Origin: Zygnema circumcarinatum SAG 698-1b | Taxonomy: Eukaryota > Plantae > Zygnematophyceae | DNA length: 64,000 bases | Assembly (NCBI GenBank): GCA_037447605.1 | Contig: CM074804.1 | Location: forward strand, 7,913,909-7,977,908 | Reading direction: 5' to 3' | Shown: positions 25,779-37,403 of the stretch, piece after piece | How positions within the stretch are numbered: the first letter of the stretch is position 1 | Layout: each line of letters starts with the position of its first letter | Program-made: the position numbers and the translations under genes | The notes under the pieces: model-generated | The model's database searches: none | Told to the model about the DNA's origin: nothing | What the model saw: only the letters and a program-made list of their open reading frames with translations

Positions 25779-26112
25779 CCACTGGTTCCGAACCAGTCGA
25801 CTGGTTGCAATGCATTGGCGCCGGATCGAAACAACCATTCGAATGGTTCGGAACCAGTGGATGCCAATGGTTGGCAACCAGTCGACTGGTTCGGAACCAG
25901 TGGATGCCAATGCTTGCCAAACCATTCGACTGGTTGCAAACTATTGGATGCCAATGCTTGCCAACCATTCGACTAGTTTCCCACCATTGGCGTCGGATCG
26001 AAACAACCATTTGAATGGCTCGGAACCAGTGGATGCCAATGGTTGCCAAACATTCGACGTCCAACCATTGGTATCCAATGGTTGTCCAATGCTTGGATCC
26101 ACTGGTTCGACC
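25779..26112. repeat. Tandem array of palindromic units
   Basis: The 16-bp palindromes AACCAGTCGACTGGTT/AACCATTCGAATGGTT alternate with 21-bp imperfect palindromes AACCAGTGGATGCCAATGGTT, separated by 3-4 nt linkers. Confidence 0.9.
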
Positions 26113-27488
26113 TGAGCAACGTCGAGCGGTCCCTAGAGGAGGACATGGTCGCTGTGGCCGCGCCGCCCGCCCCTTCATTATTGGAGGGCCCCGCGCCAAT
26201 CAGAAATCCGTACCGTGCACCGCTAGAAGCAATAAGTCACGCCCAAACGCTTTGCGGGAGAGTACTCGTTTTTACTTTTGTCGACAACCCCGCCAAGAAT
26301 CGACGGCTGAGATTTCTCGTCTCTCAAACCAAGATCCGGGACGTTGACCGGGTTGGGGACGCCGTAGAAAAAAAGTTTTTTTACGGAAAGCGTCAAAACC
26401 TCCTTAAATTTTTATATTAGAAAACGTATCTCGCTACAGAAATAATCTAGTTAAGAAACAGTATGCCTTTCGATCTCATTGCTACAAAGCAGAAAAAGTT
26501 TTTCCTGTGCCGATTTTGACCAATCCCAAATATCGCAAAAATTTGAAATCTCAGCCGACGGCGACGCGTACGGACAATGAATTCCCCTGAAACCGACACG
26601 TACGGAATCATTCAAAACCGACACTAACGACAAAATAAATATTCCTTCTGCCAGTCAATTACGGTCACACATAAAAGTCAAACCATCCACTAAAACCAAT
26701 TCACTGCCTCCCCGCTCCCTCCCATTCGTCTGTTTCTCGCCTATTACCCTAAATAAAAATTTCAACTCTTTTTCAAAAACTTTTTCCCTGCCCGCCCAGC
26801 TTCCGCCCAAGTCCGCCGACCCGTACCTGCCTACGGTCGCAATCATCCGTTGTCCTTTCTGCAGATGCGGCCTCCCCCGGTCGCGCCCTGCCCCGGTCTC
26901 ACCTCCTCGAGCACCACCAGTCCCGTAATTCTGACCGAAACCTCTCTTGACCTCACAAAACGACAAAACAAATTACCCTCAAACGTCTCAGACTGCCACG
27001 TGTTCAATGCTGTCAACCATTTGTACGGCCCGCGCGTGTGATTTCTATCCTGTCGACGAAACCGGAAGCGCCGATTGGTTCCAGAATTTCCGGGTGTAGC
27101 GCCACGTGGCGGTGCGCTGGGGCGGGGGCGGGCGGGCGCAGATTCCGCGCAGGTTCGTGGGGGCGCTCCGCTGACTTTGACCGGCGCCCGGCGAATCGGC
27201 GACGGCTGGCGGGCGCCGCGATTTGGGGCCGCCGACCGCGCAGAAGAGGACGGAGGGAGAGGGGAAGGGGCAGGGGGAGAGGGAGAGGGAGAAGGAGCCA
27301 GGGAGAGGGAGGCAGGGAGAGGAAGAGGGAGTGCACAACAGATTGGGAGGAGCTAGTGAGAAGGAGAGGGAGAGGGAGAGGGATAGGGAGAGGGAAAGGA
27401 GCGAGGGAGAGGGAGGGAGAGGGAGAAGGAGAGGGAGGGAGAGGGAGAGGGAATGGGAGTGGGAGAGAGAGTGGGAGAGAGGAGAGAC

Positions 27489-28451
27489 ATGCGTGGGCGA
27501 GGGATGGTGGGAGCGGTGGATTTTCAGAAGGGTTTGGAGAGGGAGAAGGAGTGGCCGGGCTCGCCCGTCTCCCCCCTTTCTCCCACGCCGTCCTCCGGCG
27601 CCTCTAGCCCAATCAAGTTCGTCCACGTGGACCCCGCCACCTTCATCTCCCTCTCCGGGGACGTACGGACGGACGCCTCCAACGGTTCAATGAGGGACCC
27701 AAAATCCGTTGGAACGGATTTCAGACTCCGTTACGGGCGCTCCATGTCGGGCCCTTTGGCCGCCCCCTCCCCCTCCTCCTCCGGGCAGGAGGCTATGGCG
27801 GAGGTCCGGCGGCAGAGCAAGTCGGGGCCGCTCATTCACAACGTACACAGAAACGGTGCTCTGCAATACCACAGTGGCCCTATCCCGCGATGCTTGCGAA
27901 GTACCGAGTTCAGGAAGGAGGCGGAAGAGAGTGAAGAGCTTCTAGACGACTTTTGCAGAAACCCTTATGGGAGCCGGCGAACCCTAATAGCTGCACCCTC
28001 CTCTCCCTCTCCCTCTCCCTCTCCCTCTGCCTCCTCCTTCCCCTGTCCTCCCTCTCCCTCTCTCCCTTCTTCAAATGCGAGGGCATCTCCCGACGACTCC
28101 TCTCCCACAATCACCCCCTTCCGCTCCGCAGCTTCGCGGAAAGTCACCGACTGGAACTGCTATGGAGCCTCCCCCGAGGCGGAGTCGACAGCTGGCTGCC
28201 ACGTGGACGGCCCACATGGCACGGTTTTGACGAATCAGCGGCCGCCACCTGGCAAGAGGAGAACCCCAGAGAGCCAGGCAGAGAAGGAGGTGACTGCGTA
28301 CCGGCTGCCGCCCTTGCCGCTGTCGAGCTCTGTGGGAGCCGTACAGGTGCCCGCTCTCACAGGGAGAGAGGGGGGAGGGGAGATCGCGGGAATCATAACG
28401 AGGGGATTGGCTGCCACGGCTTCTTCTTCTTCTTCTTCGAGAAAGCATTAA
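27489..28451 (+). CDS. Intronless Ser/Pro-rich protein of unknown function (orphan A)
   Basis: A ~320-codon ORF follows a G-box/GA-rich 5' region. It carries three SGP[LI] motifs and AYRLPPLPL, which is shared with orphan B. Confidence 0.6.
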   Translation: MRGRGMVGAVDFQKGLEREKEWPGSPVSPLSPTPSSGASSPIKFVHVDPATFISLSGDVRTDASNGSMRDPKSVGTDFRLRYGRSMSGPLAAPSPSSSGQEAMAEVRRQSKSGPLIHNVHRNGALQYHSGPIPRCLRSTEFRKEAEESEELLDDFCRNPYGSRRTLIAAPSSPSPSPSPSASSFPCPPSPSLPSSNARASPDDSSPTITPFRSAASRKVTDWNCYGASPEAESTAGCHVDGPHGTVLTNQRPPPGKRRTPESQAEKEVTAYRLPPLPLSSSVGAVQVPALTGREGGGEIAGIITRGLAATASSSSSSRKH

Positions 28452-28486
28452 CATTTTTCTATCTTTAGGCATATACCCAAATGTCT

Positions 28487-28560
28487 GGGGTCATTAGATG
28501 GGGTCATTAGTGGAGTCATTAGATGGGGTCATCAGATGGGGTCATTGGATGGGGTCATCC
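28487..28560 (+). repeat. (GGGGTCATTAGAT)x6 minisatellite
   Basis: Six 12-13 nt units, starting 36 nt after the orphan A stop codon. Confidence 0.9.
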
Positions 28561-29540
28561 CCTTCCTTTTTTTTTTGTTCATCCATAAGCAGAGCCACTC
28601 CGCTCCTCTATAGCTATAGTAGCTCCGCTCCTCTATAGTAGGCTCTCTCCCTCTCTCTCCCCCTCGCAGTGTCTGTTCATACAGTAGTGGTGGAATTAGT
28701 CAGAATAAAAGCATGTGTACATTTTTATGGCGATTTTGTTCTTCGCCCCCTTTTAGACCTCTGCTTCAGTCAGAGCAGCAGCTCGCATGTGAATAATACC
28801 GCCGGGTCTTTAGTGGGAGGGACGGAAGTAGAAGAAAAGTAGGAATGTGAGGCACCCAAGTTTATCGTATGATTCTTTTTGAGGCCATTCGTGTTCAGTG
28901 GAAAGTGAGAAAGTGACAAGATGTACACTCGGCCTTGTTTCTGGAAGGCGTGTGAATTACTATGGCAGTGAATATGTTTGTATGGCGGTACTCGCATTTG
29001 AATCCCTTGCATGGCCTGCACAGGAGTGCGTCTTTAGACATGTGTCTGAAGGCAGGACATGGTCAGTCGATGCTTGTGGCGGTGCATATTCAGGCCATGA
29101 CTAAAGCCGGCGATATATGATACATGCATGCATTGTGAGGGACATTCTTGGTGGTTGCTCAAACGGTTCCACTTCTCAGCTGTTGAAAAGAAAGGTCTGC
29201 GGCGATGCAACCAGATGCCTTCCGGAGGGACTGCTCCGAGCATGGCTTTTAGTGAAATGGTTTTTTTCAATATGAATAATCCCAGGGGTGTACAAGTAAT
29301 TTTCAGAATCTTATACACTGGTTTCTCCTACTCTGCAAGGCGAAACCTTCGCCTTCCCCTTCTCTGAAAATGATGATGATGATGTGAAGAGCAGTGGGGA
29401 CATCCTGGGACAGAAGTCGCTAATGATGCCTGATGATGGTATGGCGATGCTCATGTGTTGACGAGCATGAGAATTGCACTTTTGGTCCCCTTCTGTGCAC
29501 TATCCGGTACTCTTGGCTGGGAACAGAGCTGCACAGGTCG

Positions 29541-29614
29541 GACCATTGGATCAACCATTGCAATGGTTGTGAACCATTGGATCGCGGGCCAGCCAACCAT
29601 TGCCAATGATTGGC
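29541..29614. repeat. Short second copy of the AACCATTG/CAATGGTT palindrome family
   Basis: Perfect palindrome AACCATTGCAATGGTT at 29553-29568 and near-palindrome GCCAACCATTGCCAATGATTGGC at 29592-29614. Confidence 0.75.
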
Positions 29615-30391
29615 AGCCCAAGACAGCATCGAGAGACAAGCAGAGTTTTGCGACGATCGAAAAACAGATCGAAGGTAGTCGATGGGAGATGGTCCAATGC
29701 AAGCGTTTCATCTGCCACTACAACAGCACGTTCATTTTCCAGCTTGCCACGTGTCTCTTTCTTTTTTTAGAAAGATAAATCCGTGTTTCGTGTATGCTCA
29801 CCCCTTTCTTCATAAGCATTAGTGACGTGACACGATGGGGCATGCACAACATGCACATGCACATGCATCCAATATACATACAAAGGCGGGTTGCTTGATA
29901 GGGGTTGCTTCTGATGCACACCCATTGACCTTTCCCTTCTGCCAATAGACACACTTCCCAAAGCAGTGACTCCATAGCCATAGAAAGAAGGAAGGAGACA
30001 AACAGCCCCCATAAAGTCACAACGTGATAAAGTAATGTTTGAGCAGTTATCATCACAAGAGGATTCTGAACTGGCTGACAGCCACTTTTTGAAAAGTACG
30101 TGCCAGGAGATATCTATGTGAACATCACAACTTTGTCCAAATATAAACATTACAAATCCAACTCCGCAAAAACGCCCTTCCTTCCTTTCTTTGCCTGCTT
30201 CCTTCTAATTCTATTCTATCTCGGGCACTCACTCCAATTTTCTTCCTAAGTTCATCCTGCTCTTGTTGCTGCTGCTCTGCTCATCTCATTCCTGTACACG
30301 GAAGGAAGGAAGCGTTACTGCTTATCTCTCCAAGCAGGACAAAGAAAAATAAAGGATGCTAAAAAAATAAAATAAATTTTAAAGCGAACGC

Positions 30392-30401
30392 NNNNNNNNN
30401 N
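30392..30401. other. Assembly gap with duplicated flanks
   Basis: AAATTTTAAAGCGAACGC occurs on both sides of 10 Ns, consistent with an unmerged contig overlap. Confidence 0.9.
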
Positions 30402-30802
30402 AAATTTTAAAGCGAACGCAACCCCCCCTCTCCCCCCTCCCCCCCCCTCCCCCCCCAAAAAAAAATGTTAATACATAATTAACATTAGTATACTAAAGCT
30501 ACAAGGAAAGGAGCCATCTAGACCCCAGCGCAGCGCAGCGCTCCCATTTGCTGTTTCTCCTCCTTCGACGATAGCCTCCCTTTCCATTTATTAAAAAGAT
30601 ACCAGTAATGAACAAAGTCAACCCTCCACAATGGAAAAAGGAGCCCCATCAAGCTTCATGGCCTTAAAAAATACGTAAAATAAACCCCTCCATTCGACTC
30701 ATGTATCGACCACGGCAGCCCTCCTTTGCTCTCCCCTTCTCTCTCTCTCACACTCTCTTTCCTCTCCTCTCCTCTCATCTCCCTCCTCCAATGTCTTGTC
30801 CC

Positions 30803-31990
30803 TCAATATGAACAATCCTCCATGATTCTCTCTCTCTCTCCCTCTCCCAAAGGGAAGAAACCCAACGGCTGAGATCGAATCTTTGCCTTATTCGGACTCA
30901 CTATAAGCCCTCGATTCCCAATAGCTGTGAGAGGAGGCGGAGGGAGCCTGTAAGCTTTGGGAGCAGTGGGAGGAGAGGGAGCCCGTGACATGCCGTCACG
31001 CTTCTCCTCCCCCCCACTAGTTGTAGCAGGCCCCATGTGGAAGGGGTGAACCCTGTGGGAGCGACTCCGCCCCAATGGAGAGGAAATTCGATTATTATTA
31101 TTATTATTAAAGGGAGTATTATTACGAGGGAGGAGAGGAGTGGCGGCAATAGGGGGGGGGTCAATGTCCTCGGTGACGGTGTAATTTTCGTCGTCGATTA
31201 TTTTGGGGATGCTTCCACAGAGACCCAAAAGGGGGGGGAAGTGTGCGGCTGACAGGCGGAGGGTAGGGAGGGAGAGGGAGTGGGAGAGAGAGTGGGAGAG
31301 CCGAGGGGGCTTGGAAGATGGCTTTGTAGGGTTCGAGCAGGAGGTGGCGGAAGAGGGAGCGGGAGAGGGAAACCGAGGGGGAGCGAGAGAGGGGGAGGGA
31401 GAGGGAGGGGAGAAGGGCAAGGGAGTGGAAGGGAGAAACAGAGGGATAGAAGGAGGGAGAGGGAGAGCGGGCGAGGGAGGGGGAGGAAAGGAATCACTAA
31501 GCTTGCAAGAGATGGAGAGAGTGAGCCGGCACTGATCGCTCTCGGGGGGGACCACAATGACAAGGCGAGGGACGACTGCTGAGCTGTCATATGCTGACGT
31601 GGATTCCCTGCAGGATGCCACGTGGCATCCCTCAAGCCACCCCGCCGCCTCGCTCTCGCCCTCCACCCTCTCGTCTCTCCTCACTCCTCCCGCCCTCTTC
31701 CCGGAGAGTCTCCCACTCCCTCCTTCTCTCCCTCCCTTCCTTCTTCCCGAAGCTTCTCCCGCGGTGAGAGGATATGCTGGAAGTTTCTTGGAGGGTGCAG
31801 GCTCCTCGTAGGACGAAGAGAGCTGCAAGGGGAGGAGGAAGGAGGGAGAGAGAGGGGAGGGAGGGGTTCCAGGCGGAGAGGGAGGCTCCTCCCTTCCTCC
31901 CCAGAAGAAACTCTCCTGCTGGAGGCCGCACATGGGCGGGTCGGGAAGCTCAATGATGAGGCGGCTCGCTGATGGAGTCAGAGTTACCAT
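30803..31990 (-). CDS. Intronless Pro/Ser-rich protein of unknown function (orphan B)
   Basis: 395-codon ORF from ATG 31990 that contains AYRLPPPPL. Part of the ORF runs through GA/CT low-complexity sequence, so an internal intron cannot be excluded. Confidence 0.55.
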   Translation of the reverse strand: MVTLTPSASRLIIELPDPPMCGLQQESFFWGGREEPPSPPGTPPSPLSPSFLLPLQLSSSYEEPAPSKKLPAYPLTAGEASGRRKGGREGGSGRLSGKRAGGVRRDERVEGESEAAGWLEGCHVASCRESTSAYDSSAVVPRLVIVVPPESDQCRLTLSISCKLSDSFPPPPSPALPLPPSIPLFLPSTPLPFSPPSPSPSLAPPRFPSPAPSSATSCSNPTKPSSKPPRLSHSLSHSLSLPTLRLSAAHFPPLLGLCGSIPKIIDDENYTVTEDIDPPPIAATPLLPRNNTPFNNNNNNRISSPLGRSRSHRVHPFHMGPATTSGGEEKRDGMSRAPSPPTAPKAYRLPPPPLTAIGNRGLIVSPNKAKIRSQPLGFFPLGEGERERIMEDCSY

Positions 31991-33648
31991 CTTGAGATGT
32001 GGCGGGAAGAGAGAGAGGAAGCGCGAGAGGAAGAGAAAGGGGGAGAGAGAGAGAGAGAGGGAGAGAGAGAGAGAGAGGGAGGGGGGAGCAGTGGGGAGAG
32101 GCAGCGACGAAGGCTAAGGACAAGGCCAAGCTTTGGCCCTCCGGCCAAAGGATGAGAAAAAGGGCCGCCCCTGCCGCCACGTGGAGCCGCCAAATGCGGG
32201 GGCGCTGCCCTCGCACGCGCGAGCGATGCGGTCGAGCGCCGCTCGTGCGGTGCGGATTTGCGTGGGCCCGGGGGTTGCCACGTCACGGACGGGCCCGACA
32301 CGTGGCGCGACGCAGTGGCGGGCCCATCCGTGACGCGCCTTTTGTCCTTAAAGCGGAGAAGGGGACCGCCGCCCGCCGGGAAAGCACCGACATCTGGGGC
32401 CGGGAACCACGGCGGGCATCGCGGAGGCTTTGAGAGCAACGGCTTTTTTTTAGGAGTTCTAGGGCAGATAAAAATTGCAAATTGAGATTAAATGGGATAC
32501 GATGGGTATTACTTTGGGGTTGAAGTAGAGACATCGACGGTTAATTTTGAATTCGTATATCATCGGACGGCGAAAATTGACTTTATTAAATTTGGTAAAT
32601 TTTGGAAACGTTTTTTGCGGAGGACAGCACGTTTCCACTACGCGACAAGATCCAGTCAACGCCCGGCGATGGTCAAACCAGTGCGAGCCGATATTTGTCG
32701 CTTTTCGCAACCGACTTCCTTGCGTGGCGCCACGTGGCGGGCGCCCTGGTCACGTGTGGCGCGGCGGTTGGGACCTCCGGTTTGTACTCTTGCGCTGCAT
32801 TTGGCATACGCATTTATGGCGGGGCCGGTATAACCGTTCGACTTCCGTATGGTATTGAGGACAAGGACTTGACTTGACTTGGCTTGACTCGACTTGTATG
32901 CGGCCAGACAGGGTTTTGGATGGCGTTCCGTGTAGACCAGGTCCATGCGAATATCACATTCGCTGTCCCGTTTGGAACCGAAAGATTTGTGCATGTAAAT
33001 TGCCAGTGCTACTGGAAAATGGTCTGTCGTTATCAAAAACCAAAATTAGTAAAATATAGAGAAAGATACGTTTTTAGTCGAGTACATAATTTTTTTAGAA
33101 CGATAGTGATAGTTGAACGGGACTGTAGCTAGGTTTTGGCATGTGGCGGCTAGTCCCTGTTGAGCGGCCTTGAAGGGCCATGCAGGCAGAGACAGGCAGG
33201 AGCCGGAGCAGGGCAGGCTGCCGCCATGATCCTGGAAGCCATGAAGGCATGCTGCTGCTGCGGCTGCTGCTGTTCCGCCTCCCCTCCTTTATATTTCTGT
33301 GTACCTCCGTGGAATTTTATCTTCGCAAATCCGTCAGGCCATGCTGAAAGCGGCTGTCACGTGCTCTTTCTTCAATGGACGTCGGCATGAAGCTCTCAGA
33401 AGAAAGGCGCAAATGCTGTGGCTGCACTTTCCCTGTTGTGATTTACACGAAGAAAATCACGTGGAAGTGCGTGGCCATCTCCATGCAGGAGATGCGCTCT
33501 GGATATATTCGCGCAAGCTTGGTGTCAATACTCAATAGTATTAATAGGCCAGCGGCAAGCACTATTCTGTCGTCCTGCAAGTCTCCTGAGGATTTTTGGA
33601 AGCCTGTAAAAGCCGAATTTTCCTGAGAAGCGTCGGAGATCGTCTGCC

Positions 33649-35817
33649 ATGGCTTCAAACGAAAAAGAGAAGTTCGAGAAGGAGTCTCCAAGTCACTTGG
33701 ATGGGACCGTGCTGGCTGATTGTAAGCCATTCAATATTGAGGTCGGCTTTTTCACTGTCCCCTAGCGTAATAAATTTTGCTCAACTTTCGCTTGTCGCAA
33801 GCCATTCATTACACTTTTTAAACAAAGAACCATGGATTTCTTATTCTTATGATGGATTTCAGTTGTTAGTGGCCTCGACTGTGACCTTCGTGCATAGACA
33901 AACACAGGTGAATTTTTCTGTGTATTACAGCTTACAAGTGCTTTCATCGTTTTGACCAAAACTCAGGATGAGCTGAAGAGATGCGGAGGTATCAACGTGC
34001 TTGTGCCTGGTCCTGAGGAGAAAAGCATCATTCGTCAACGTCTCGATGAAGGCCTTGAGTGCGCCTTCAATTGCGCGGCGAAGTAAGGGGATGGCGAACT
34101 ACTCCTACATACTTTGCGTGCTCCTTATTCCTTGTTTCAATCAGATTTTTCTTATCTGTAGGCGTTTTGATTTGCCTGATGGATAGTTTCGGTTACAGCG
34201 TGCATATGACTGCGATGTACGCGTTTCAAGGGCTTTCTCTCTTCTGCAAGAAGGACACGGTCGCCTTGCCCGGCCACGCCAAATACTTCCGCAATCGTTC
34301 TTCCGAGTATTTGAAGGACTTCAAGCGCATTAACTCTTTCACCGTACGCTCTACCTTTTCCTTTAAAGAAATATGTGACAGGCCACAACCACTCCAAAGG
34401 GAACTTATCTGAAGCTATATCAATGCTTCAAACCATTGATTCCTGCAAACTTAAGATAGACCCGGAATATCTTCCTGTTCAACTTGAACTGACCTTTTGT
34501 GTAAACTCCAGATTGCTCGCGGAGGGGAAGTTGATTTGCGAGAGATTCTTGCCCCTCCAATGCCAACTCTTTCTGAACGAGGAGAAAATGGTCTCACGGG
34601 TGATTCTTCTTCTTGTTCGCTGTGGTTAACTGGTTATTGAATATGCCTCGCTTCTTTTTGTTTGTTTGAAATGACCACTAATGCTGTTGAGAAATTCTTT
34701 CCATTGTCAATGAGTGAATGATTTTATAACCTTGGAAGCAGTGGTTGAAAAACTTCCCGTTCAAAAATTATCATCGGCGCAGCATAAGTTGTCAAATTCG
34801 TAGTAACCCTGTTTCGGTATTGTTATCTTCCCGAAGTCCGCTGCCGCGCTTTGACCCAGCTGACATGAACCTGTTCAATTTTTTTTTACAGTAATGGAAT
34901 TCTCGTTGAGTTTGAACAAGCTGGTATACGAGAAGCAGCTGCATCTTTTGCGGGTGAGCAGGCTCCTCGTTAAGTTGGTCGTAAACATTTTCTTCATAGA
35001 AAGTTAGTGGCTTTTTCCAGGCACTGTGAGAGCATTATGCCCGCAGATCTGACATAGCGGTTGCACATCATGATCGTCAGGCCGCAGAGAATGTGGGAGA
35101 TGGTGGTGCTGCACAGTTTGTGACTGAAAAGTTGATCAGGCCTATGGTGAGCCACAGGAAACTTCTGACTTTCTCTTCACCCTGCTTCTCGAAGTGCGTG
35201 CCTTTGAAAGATCAATGTATGAATGCTTGCATCGGTCGTTTCTTAATCCCGAGGACCTGGCCGGATTTTTCTCAAGGATGTCGAATGAATTCAAGTTGAT
35301 TCTTTCCAAAACCAACTTCTTATGCGAAGTGTTTGTTATTTTGGTGCTAATCCCTTAAGCGGTTTCTGCTCTTTCATTTCCATCTTGGCAATCAGGTGAA
35401 GAGGATAAAAAAGAAGGGCATGTATATTTCCATGCTCCGCCGCATGGGGAAGGGAGTTGGTGAGTCCCCGTCCATCCTCTGTTGTCTGTGCCTTTTACCT
35501 TTGCACAGTTACAGATCTCAGTGATGGATTTTGTTCTGGCTGCAGGGGAGTATACTTTCGACCAAAACCTGCTCCATGCTGGGGCTTCTGGAAAGCTCTC
35601 ATCGGAAGAGGTAAGATGAAACCGAGTTGACCATTTTTTGTTTTGAGCCGCATATGCCTGTATGTGCGGTACCGTACTCGCCTTTTTCATTCGTTTCATG
35701 GGTTCTTCACAGCTCTAAACTTCCCTAGGTTCTTCCTTGCTGTAGGAGGATGGCCTCGTTGGCCGCATGGGAAAGGCGTCCCTTGGATTCAAACATCACG
35801 CTCGCGGGGGGTTCTGA
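33649..35817 (+). CDS. Ferritin-like protein 1 (ferroxidase-dead, no transit peptide)
   Basis: Nine exons: 33649-33741, 33967-34082, 34199-34343, 34512-34599, 34892-34953, 35081-35146, 35396-35459, 35546-35610, 35746-35817. The ORF is intact. Motifs SIIRQR, VALPGHAKYFR, RGGEV, VMEFSLSLNKLVYEK, LRRMGKG and GEYTFDQNLL align colinearly with plant ferritin, with introns at the positions recalled for plant ferritins. Confidence 0.85.
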
Positions 35818-37326
35818 TCTGAGCCCTTGAAGCAGGATAGCTTCTTGCTTTTTCTTTTGCTGCCAAAAATGGCCACAAGTTTTGTCAACTACGTGAAAGT
35901 TGCGAGGGGAAGCAGAATTTCAGCGCAGTTCAGTGTAGTGCAGGGTCTAGTGCGGTGCAGGGTCTGGCTCGGCTATGAGAACGGGAAATAGAAAAGAAGT
36001 TGAGATTTGCAACTTTTTGGGGAAACTTTTTTGTTCTGAGAAGACGCCGGCAGAGTGCAAGATATATATAACGACGTTTGATGGCTGGGGATGTTAGTGC
36101 GACTGTCGTTCACCCATGCATGTGATGTCATTTTGATGCAGGAAGATGGCTGCATGCATGGTTCTGCTGAGTTTGCTGTGTGGCCGCTGAGTGTTGCTTC
36201 AGCTGAAGAAAGAACTCCGTCCAAATGTTGCCAACATTGTTTGGGAAGATGGTGTGTAATGTTAAAGCTGGGCGTGTCTTCTCTTGGCGGACTGCTTGTG
36301 CTTTTCTGCAACAAATATAGACTTCGCTTTTTGGGGTTTTGCTTGGGAAAACGCGGATAGGTTCTGTTGCTGTAAATGTTGTTTCCAATAATCCGATGCT
36401 TTTGCTATGTTTGCAGTCCGCATGGCGTTCTGAATGGTTGGTAAATTACGCCATCCAACAATGTCCGCACAAAATATTGCTTGACGAGAGTGCAATGGCT
36501 GTAATACTGCAAGTGGTGAAGAGGCACAAGGAAGGAAGGAAGTGGCACGAGCAAAGACATTAAACATGAACATGTTGTGGCAGTGGCTCTATTTCTAGAT
36601 TGCTACAATTGACAATGTTGTATCACCATATGAGAGCGCAACAACAATGAACACTGCGTAACTTTTGAAACTTGTATAGTATTCAACTATTGAGTATATG
36701 TACAAACCGACTAAACAAATGCTGACTTGTTTCCCTCTCTCCCCCCTTCTTTCTCTCTCCCTCGAAGTAACACACGAAAATCTAACCCCACTCGCCTTGC
36801 AACTACAAAATTTGGTCAATTCATGATTACACCTCGTTCTTTCAATTTGCGAAGTATGTCAGCAGCAGCAGCATGCTTTGCGTCCTTCTTTTTTCGCCCA
36901 CTGCCAACTCCTTTTTCAATCACAGTCCGATTGTTCCCAAAAACAACACCTTCCAATGCGAACCTGCTTGTCAACATTTTTTGCGAGTTAAAATTTTGGC
37001 AATAAAAATAAAACTGCTATACTGATTTGCTCAACTAACTTCTAATCGCTGGGATCCAAAGTGACACGGGTCACACATTCCTACATGATTGATTCAATAA
37101 AGATATAAAATATCTGTGGCTGTTAACAGTATTTATTGGATTCTCACGAAAAAGAATTGGCTTCATGTATGAAAACGAACATCGTGGTACTGTCCACTTG
37201 TGTTAAAAGTAAAAAATTTCCATACGATATTTTGCATACACAACAAGCATATCCAACGCTAAAAATTAACAATCGAAGAGCAAAAAAGAGAGAAAAAAAC
37301 AAAAGAATGGTAGTGAAAACGTACCT

Positions 37327-37388
37327 GGGGCAGTGACTCGGGCCACTTTGCTCCACAGGGGCAGTGACTCGGGCCACTTTGCTCCACA
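37327..37388 (+). repeat. 31-bp perfect tandem duplication
   Basis: GGGGCAGTGACTCGGGCCACTTTGCTCCACA x2, ending 15 nt before the long inverted repeat. Confidence 0.95.
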
Positions 37389-37403
37389 AGGGTGACAGAA
37401 AAC

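Noticed and set aside
25779-26112. CRISPR-like array
   Set aside because: Linkers are only 3-4 nt with no unique spacers, there are no cas genes, and the context is eukaryotic.
25697-26199. Overlapping ORFs across the palindrome array
   Set aside because: They are open in several frames on both strands because the repeat unit lacks stops. There is no recognisable domain.
30374-30419. 18-bp direct repeat flanking Ns
   Set aside because: Assembly overlap artefact.
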